This document shows, piece after piece, positions 32,038-35,780 of a stretch of DNA of 35,780 nucleotides. The translations under genes and the position numbers were made by a program. The stretch is from IMG/VR virus record IMGVR_UViG_3300031261_000045. One strand, written 5' to 3'. Under the pieces are notes generated by a model. The model did no database searches, was not told the origin of the DNA, and was given only the letters and a program-made list of their open reading frames with translations. Numbering within the stretch: position 1 is the first letter of the stretch; each line of letters begins with the position of its first letter. The stretch is from a virus.

Positions 32038-34872
32038 ATGCAGAAGATCAAGTATATTACGAACCGTGAACTCCTGTCTGAGATACACAATTCGAAGAAC
32101 AGCTATTGCAGTTACTTGGCGCCGGAATTCGCCAATTTTGATATGATCGTGGCCTCGTTGGATGATGTCACTCCGGAACTGTTTCAGCAGGCGGTCGAGA
32201 GCAAGGCGTCAAAACTGTCCAGCAAGACCTTAACTATTGATCCGGCCAGTCTCGATCGCGAGGAAATCGTCATTCGGCTGATGTCGGATACGCATCTGCC
32301 AGCGGAGGCGGATGAGAAACGCCGCAAGGCGTCCAGCACTGGCGGCTGGGTGGTGAAGACCAACTTCCCGCCATTCCGCCATTTCATCCTGCGGGAAGGC
32401 AAACCGGTCGAGGTCGGCCGGTCGCATTGGCATGGCGGCTTGGAGAACGGCAATTTCACCCTCGAATGCGGCGGGATGTCAAACCGCTTGGCCAATATGT
32501 TCATCCTGCTGGTTGAACGTTACTCGCGCGGTGGTAGCTGGCGCAACTATTGTGTAGATCAAGAAACTGAAGCATTGACTCAGCGAGGCTGGCTGAATGG
32601 CGACGAGATCAATGAAGATGATATCATTCTGTCCTATGAAAATGGTCAGATGAAATGGTCGAAGATCAAGTCGATCTTCCGGAACGACGAGTATGATGGC
32701 AAGATGTTCCATCTTACCGTGACAGGCATGGACGCACTGGTGACGCCACACCACAAGTTCGTTACGGATAAGGGGTTGAAAGAGGTCGAGCTTCTGATCG
32801 AAAAAGATCGTTTGGTCTTGATAGGCGATCCGGTCGCCGACACGGATACAACCTATACTGACGAATTCGTTGAACTGATTGGATGGACTGTAACCGAAGG
32901 AAGTTACTATTTCGAGGAAGGACGCAACTACTGCCGGGTGTCTATTTCCCAGAACGAAGGTGCAAAAGCTGATCGTATCCGCGCATGTCTGAATTCTCTA
33001 AAAAGCACCTTTAGCGAGACCCATCGACCGGTCGCAAGCGGCACTTTGGTAGTGTTCAATTTGACCAAGGAGATGTGTGACAAAATCCTAGCGGTAGCCG
33101 AAGGTCGCGTTCTTTCCATGCCCTTCATCCTGACGCTGTCACAAGCGCAAAGAGAAATCTTGATCAACACGATGGTGGACGGTGACGGAAGTCGGACTAA
33201 AACGTTTGGCGCCGATAACAAGTATGGCGGCTATCTCAGATACAGCCAGAAAGACAAAAAGCATCTCGACGCCTTTCTGGCCCTATGCACGCTCGCCGGT
33301 CATCGCACCACGACACGCCTACGAGACGATATCGTGTCGTTTGGTGTTCCGACCTCGATCAACGAAGTCAACATCTTTTCAAAGGCGCACGATATTTTCC
33401 GGCACTCGATGGTCGAAAACATCGATTTCCACGGCGGTAAAAGAAACGGGAGGGCGCATCCTGGCAAGGCTTATCATCCAAACGAACCGACCGTAAACTA
33501 CAAAGGCAAAATCTGGTGCCCAGAAACCGAATACGGCTCCTTTATGTGTCGCAGAAATGGCACAGTGTATCAAAATGGCAATACCTACCTCGACGAAATG
33601 CGTAGTCATGCGCTCGTGCAACTGGCTCAAGTTGGCTTACAATTCAACGAGGCGCGGTCGGATAATCCATTTAGTTTTTACACGCAAATTATCAAAAATT
33701 GCCTGAGTGGTTCAACGATGATCTTGACCCGCGAGTATGGGTCGATCGCGATTCAAGATGTCGCGGAACAGGATGTCACGTTACTCGATGGAAACGGTGA
33801 TTGGGTCAAATCGCACATCCATGACTACGGGATGCAAGACACGGTCAATCTCAATTTCTCGGGCAATTTCGAGAAGGTGTCGATTCGATCAACACTCGAT
33901 CATGGTTGGGTACAGGAAGGAACCGGTGAGAGAATCAACACCAAGCATTTTGTCGATGGTAATGGCTATCGCACCAAAGAGGTTTGGACTGCTGACCTCC
34001 GCCCGTCAACCGTAATCGATGATGCAGAGGAACATCGTCGTGGTGTGATTCATGGCTTAATTTATGGCGACGGCAGTCTAAGTTGGGAACCAACTAAGAG
34101 TTACTTCATGCGACTGTGCGGCTCTAAGGTGAGCTTGGAGTCTTGGCTCGATGGTTATACCAAATCAAATCCACCATCTGCGAATGGCGACCCGGTTTAT
34201 TTCCTTCATAATATGTGGTGCGACCTCAAACGCCTTCCGGAAACTCCAGGTCAATCACTGGATTATCTGCGGGGATTTCTACGGGGTTGGCTTGCGGCAG
34301 ATGGCTGTGTCAGTTCAGAAGGCATAGTCACAGTCTGTGGGGATGTGGCCGAAAGCGAATGGATAAAGCAATGGGCGCCTCTGATCGGCTGGCATTTCGG
34401 AAGTTATACACTACTAGCGGAGGTGACCAACTTCGGACGGCGTAACAAAGTAAGCGGAAACCTTGTGATCCAAAAGCGTTCAATGGTCAGCGACGATTTA
34501 CTGAGAAGCCAACACCGTGATCAATGGATCGAAACCCATCAAGATAAACCCAAGGGCTGGCGGGTCTATCCCGGTAATCGTCAAGCCATTGATCCGAAGA
34601 ACGAGCGGGTGTATTGCCCTAGTGTTCCCACTACGGGAAGTTTCGCTCTTAGCTCAGGTATTCACTCATTCAACTGTTTTCGCCGGGTACTCAATATCGA
34701 ACGCCGGGCGCAAGATATCCGGGACGACCTGTTGATCATGGCCGGGGCGATGCCGAGCTATACCCGACAGGTGGATAATGAGATTGAACAGCGTGACCAA
34801 GATGGGAGTGATAGCACGATCGAGCGGATCAAGGGCAAGCGCGGTCGGAAACCCAAAAGCGCTGTGCATTAA
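32038..34872 (+). CDS. T4 gp55-like late sigma factor precursor carrying two inteins (944-aa precursor; ~275-aa mature extein)
   Basis: After removing residues 172-515 and 555-879, the sequence reads ...LANMFILLVERYSRGGSWRNY|TYLDEMRSHALVQLAQVGLQFNEARSDNPFSFYTQIIKN|CFRRVLNIERRAQ... This aligns with T4 gp55 ...[74 protein letters not shown]. The N-terminus KYITNRELLSEI parallels gp55 KYNYVNNKELLQAI. Both insertions fall exactly before a conserved Thr and a conserved Cys. Confidence 0.8.
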   Translation: MQKIKYITNRELLSEIHNSKNSYCSYLAPEFANFDMIVASLDDVTPELFQQAVESKASKLSSKTLTIDPASLDREEIVIRLMSDTHLPAEADEKRRKASSTGGWVVKTNFPPFRHFILREGKPVEVGRSHWHGGLENGNFTLECGGMSNRLANMFILLVERYSRGGSWRNYCVDQETEALTQRGWLNGDEINEDDIILSYENGQMKWSKIKSIFRNDEYDGKMFHLTVTGMDALVTPHHKFVTDKGLKEVELLIEKDRLVLIGDPVADTDTTYTDEFVELIGWTVTEGSYYFEEGRNYCRVSISQNEGAKADRIRACLNSLKSTFSETHRPVASGTLVVFNLTKEMCDKILAVAEGRVLSMPFILTLSQAQREILINTMVDGDGSRTKTFGADNKYGGYLRYSQKDKKHLDAFLALCTLAGHRTTTRLRDDIVSFGVPTSINEVNIFSKAHDIFRHSMVENIDFHGGKRNGRAHPGKAYHPNEPTVNYKGKIWCPETEYGSFMCRRNGTVYQNGNTYLDEMRSHALVQLAQVGLQFNEARSDNPFSFYTQIIKNCLSGSTMILTREYGSIAIQDVAEQDVTLLDGNGDWVKSHIHDYGMQDTVNLNFSGNFEKVSIRSTLDHGWVQEGTGERINTKHFVDGNGYRTKEVWTADLRPSTVIDDAEEHRRGVIHGLIYGDGSLSWEPTKSYFMRLCGSKVSLESWLDGYTKSNPPSANGDPVYFLHNMWCDLKRLPETPGQSLDYLRGFLRGWLAADGCVSSEGIVTVCGDVAESEWIKQWAPLIGWHFGSYTLLAEVTNFGRRNKVSGNLVIQKRSMVSDDLLRSQHRDQWIETHQDKPKGWRVYPGNRQAIDPKNERVYCPSVPTTGSFALSSGIHSFNCFRRVLNIERRAQDIRDDLLIMAGAMPSYTRQVDNEIEQRDQDGSDSTIERIKGKRGRKPKSAVH
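32551..33582 (+). mobile_element. Intein 1 (344 aa) with a LAGLIDADG homing-endonuclease domain, inserted before Thr of the gp55 GYT motif
   Basis: Block A CVDQETEALT. Block B LVTPHHKF. LAGLIDADG-like ELIGWTVTEGSYYF and ILINTMVDGDGSRT. C-terminal block IWCPETEYGSFMCRRNGTVYQNGN followed by the +1 Thr. Confidence 0.65.
33700..34674 (+). mobile_element. Intein 2 (325 aa) with a LAGLIDADG homing-endonuclease domain, inserted before the conserved Cys of gp55
   Basis: Block A CLSGSTMILT. Block B STLDHGW. LAGLIDADG-like GLIYGDGSLSW and GFLRGWLAADGCVSS. Block G VYCPSVPTTGSFALSSGIHSFN followed by the +1 Cys. Confidence 0.75.
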
Positions 34873-34890
34873 CCAGGATGGGAATAGTTT

Positions 34891-35421
34891 GTGTTTGAAT
34901 TGAAAATTTGCGGCTACGAGGAACTTCAGCACGTCATTGCGCGGTGGCAGCCGACCCATGTGCTGAGTGTCCTGAACGGGATGGAGACGCTACCGGGCAA
35001 CCATCTGTTTATCGAGGTGAGTGACATTCCCCGGCCGATGGAGGGGCATATCCATCCGGCGCGGGCGCATCTGGAACAGGTCTTCGAATTCACCGCCAAG
35101 CTAACCGCCGACGATCGTTTGCTGGTGCATTGTTATGCGGGCATGAGCCGCAGCACGGCGATCGCCATCGGGGTATTGATCCAGCATGGCATGGACTCTG
35201 AGACAGCGTTCGATCATGTCGCGGCGATCCGGCCGATCCTGATGCCGAATGAGATGTTCATCCAACTGATCGATGAGTATTTTGCTCTGTCGGGTGATTT
35301 GGTGAAAATCGTGGCGGATTTCCGGGACAGTGAGATGCAACGGGTCAATCCGCCGGATGGGGTGCGCTCACAGGCCTCGATTGCGGCGATGAAGAGTTTG
35401 CTGTTGCGCATGGGCTATTAA
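34891..35421 (+). CDS. Cys-based protein phosphatase (dual-specificity / PTP-like), 176 aa, GTG start
   Basis: P-loop LVHCYAGMSRSTAIAIGVLI matches the HCxxGxxRS(T) active-site signature. RBS-like AGGATGGGAA sits upstream of the GTG. Confidence 0.55.
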   Translation: MFELKICGYEELQHVIARWQPTHVLSVLNGMETLPGNHLFIEVSDIPRPMEGHIHPARAHLEQVFEFTAKLTADDRLLVHCYAGMSRSTAIAIGVLIQHGMDSETAFDHVAAIRPILMPNEMFIQLIDEYFALSGDLVKIVADFRDSEMQRVNPPDGVRSQASIAAMKSLLLRMGY

Positions 35422-35705
35422 GGCTCGCGCGGCACCGACTGGAACAATTCGTCCACCCATCCCGGCGCCGGAGCATAGGTTGGTGTAAGCGGCACACAGA
35501 TATGGCAGACGATTTCGACATCCTTGTAACGTTTCAGCACGGCTTGGCCGGACGGATAGAGGCCGACCGGCGCGCCGCATTTGGTGCACACATGGCTTCG
35601 GTCCATCTTCGGATGGACCCACACCATGTCCGCCAAGCGCATAGCCAACAGGCGGATTTCTTGCGGTTTCTTCGCCATGAACTTTCCTTTCAACCAATCC
35701 AACAT
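35418..35705 (-). CDS. Small zinc-ribbon-like protein (95 aa)
   Basis: Two Cys pairs, CTKCG and CHIC, ~30 residues apart. The alternative overlapping minus-strand frame (35368-35697) lacks such features. Confidence 0.35.
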   Translation of the reverse strand: MLDWLKGKFMAKKPQEIRLLAMRLADMVWVHPKMDRSHVCTKCGAPVGLYPSGQAVLKRYKDVEIVCHICVPLTPTYAPAPGWVDELFQSVPREP

Positions 35706-35712
35706 GACGGTT

Positions 35713-35720
35713 CTCTAAAT
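35713..35720 (+). promoter_or_regulatory. Plus-strand CTAAATAC motif upstream of a partial ORF at the window edge
   Basis: tctCTAAATAccgtggcgatttttAAGGGAtgatgtcATG. The motif, then an SD, then the ATG at 35748 repeat the arrangement seen on the minus strand. Confidence 0.35.
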
Positions 35721-35747
35721 ACCGTGGCGATTTTTAAGGGATGATGT

Positions 35748-35780
35748 CATGTTGAGTATCCTGTTTTACGGGCTGTGTGG
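35748..35780 (+). CDS. 5-prime end of an ORF truncated by the window edge (MLSILFYGLC...)
   Basis: ATG with AAGGGA SD and an upstream CTAAATA motif. Only 11 codons are visible. Confidence 0.2.

Noticed and set aside
35368-35697. 109-aa minus-strand ORF in an alternative frame to the zinc-ribbon ORF
   Set aside because: Only one of the two overlapping frames can be real. The 95-aa frame has paired CxxC motifs, so the 109-aa frame was rejected.
1-35780. tRNA or rRNA genes
   Set aside because: No cloverleaf-compatible 70-90-nt segments with GTTC/TPsiC-like and anticodon-arm features were apparent in the non-coding stretches (3590-4000, 4300-4824, 24270-24518, 31923-32037). This was a by-eye inspection only, so a tRNAscan run could still find one.

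Overview
High-GC (~60%) window that looks like part of a large T4-superfamily/jumbo-phage-like genome (or prophage). The evidence is a T4 gp55-type late sigma factor gene and a co-directional baseplate operon on the minus strand.

From the start to ~4.8 kb there is a non-coding repeat landscape. A CRISPR-like array (5 near-perfect 36-bp repeats, 26-30 bp unique spacers) decays into a ~1.7 kb field of more than 40 hairpin-plus-GGCTACGAAAAC derivatives. Further direct (3.77-4.05 kb) and inverted (4.30-4.77 kb) copies bracket a small cassette. That cassette holds a diphtheria-toxin/PARP-like (H-Y-E) ADP-ribosyltransferase and several small ORFs.

From 31.9 kb down to 4.8 kb on the minus strand there is one long, mostly translationally coupled structural operon. 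In transcription order it encodes:
- a LysM-like tail protein X/gp53-like protein
- a 1136-aa hub/tape-measure-like protein with a C-terminal lytic transglycosylase
- a 1017-aa gp5-like spike (OB fold, beta-helix, SLT and CHAP-like domains)
- small proteins, including an HExxH protein
- a gp25/GPW baseplate wedge
- a gp6/J-like wedge (1128 aa)
- a giant 3549-aa protein
- a tail-anchored coiled-coil protein
- an unmistakable Major Vault Protein (MVP) homolog

On the plus strand at the right end, a gp55-like late sigma factor is interrupted by two LAGLIDADG inteins. It is followed by a CX5R phosphatase and a small zinc-ribbon ORF.

A short motif (C/T)TAAATA, reminiscent of the T4 late promoter TATAAATA, recurs 5-35 nt upstream of at least eight start codons.

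No rRNA or tRNA was recognised by eye.
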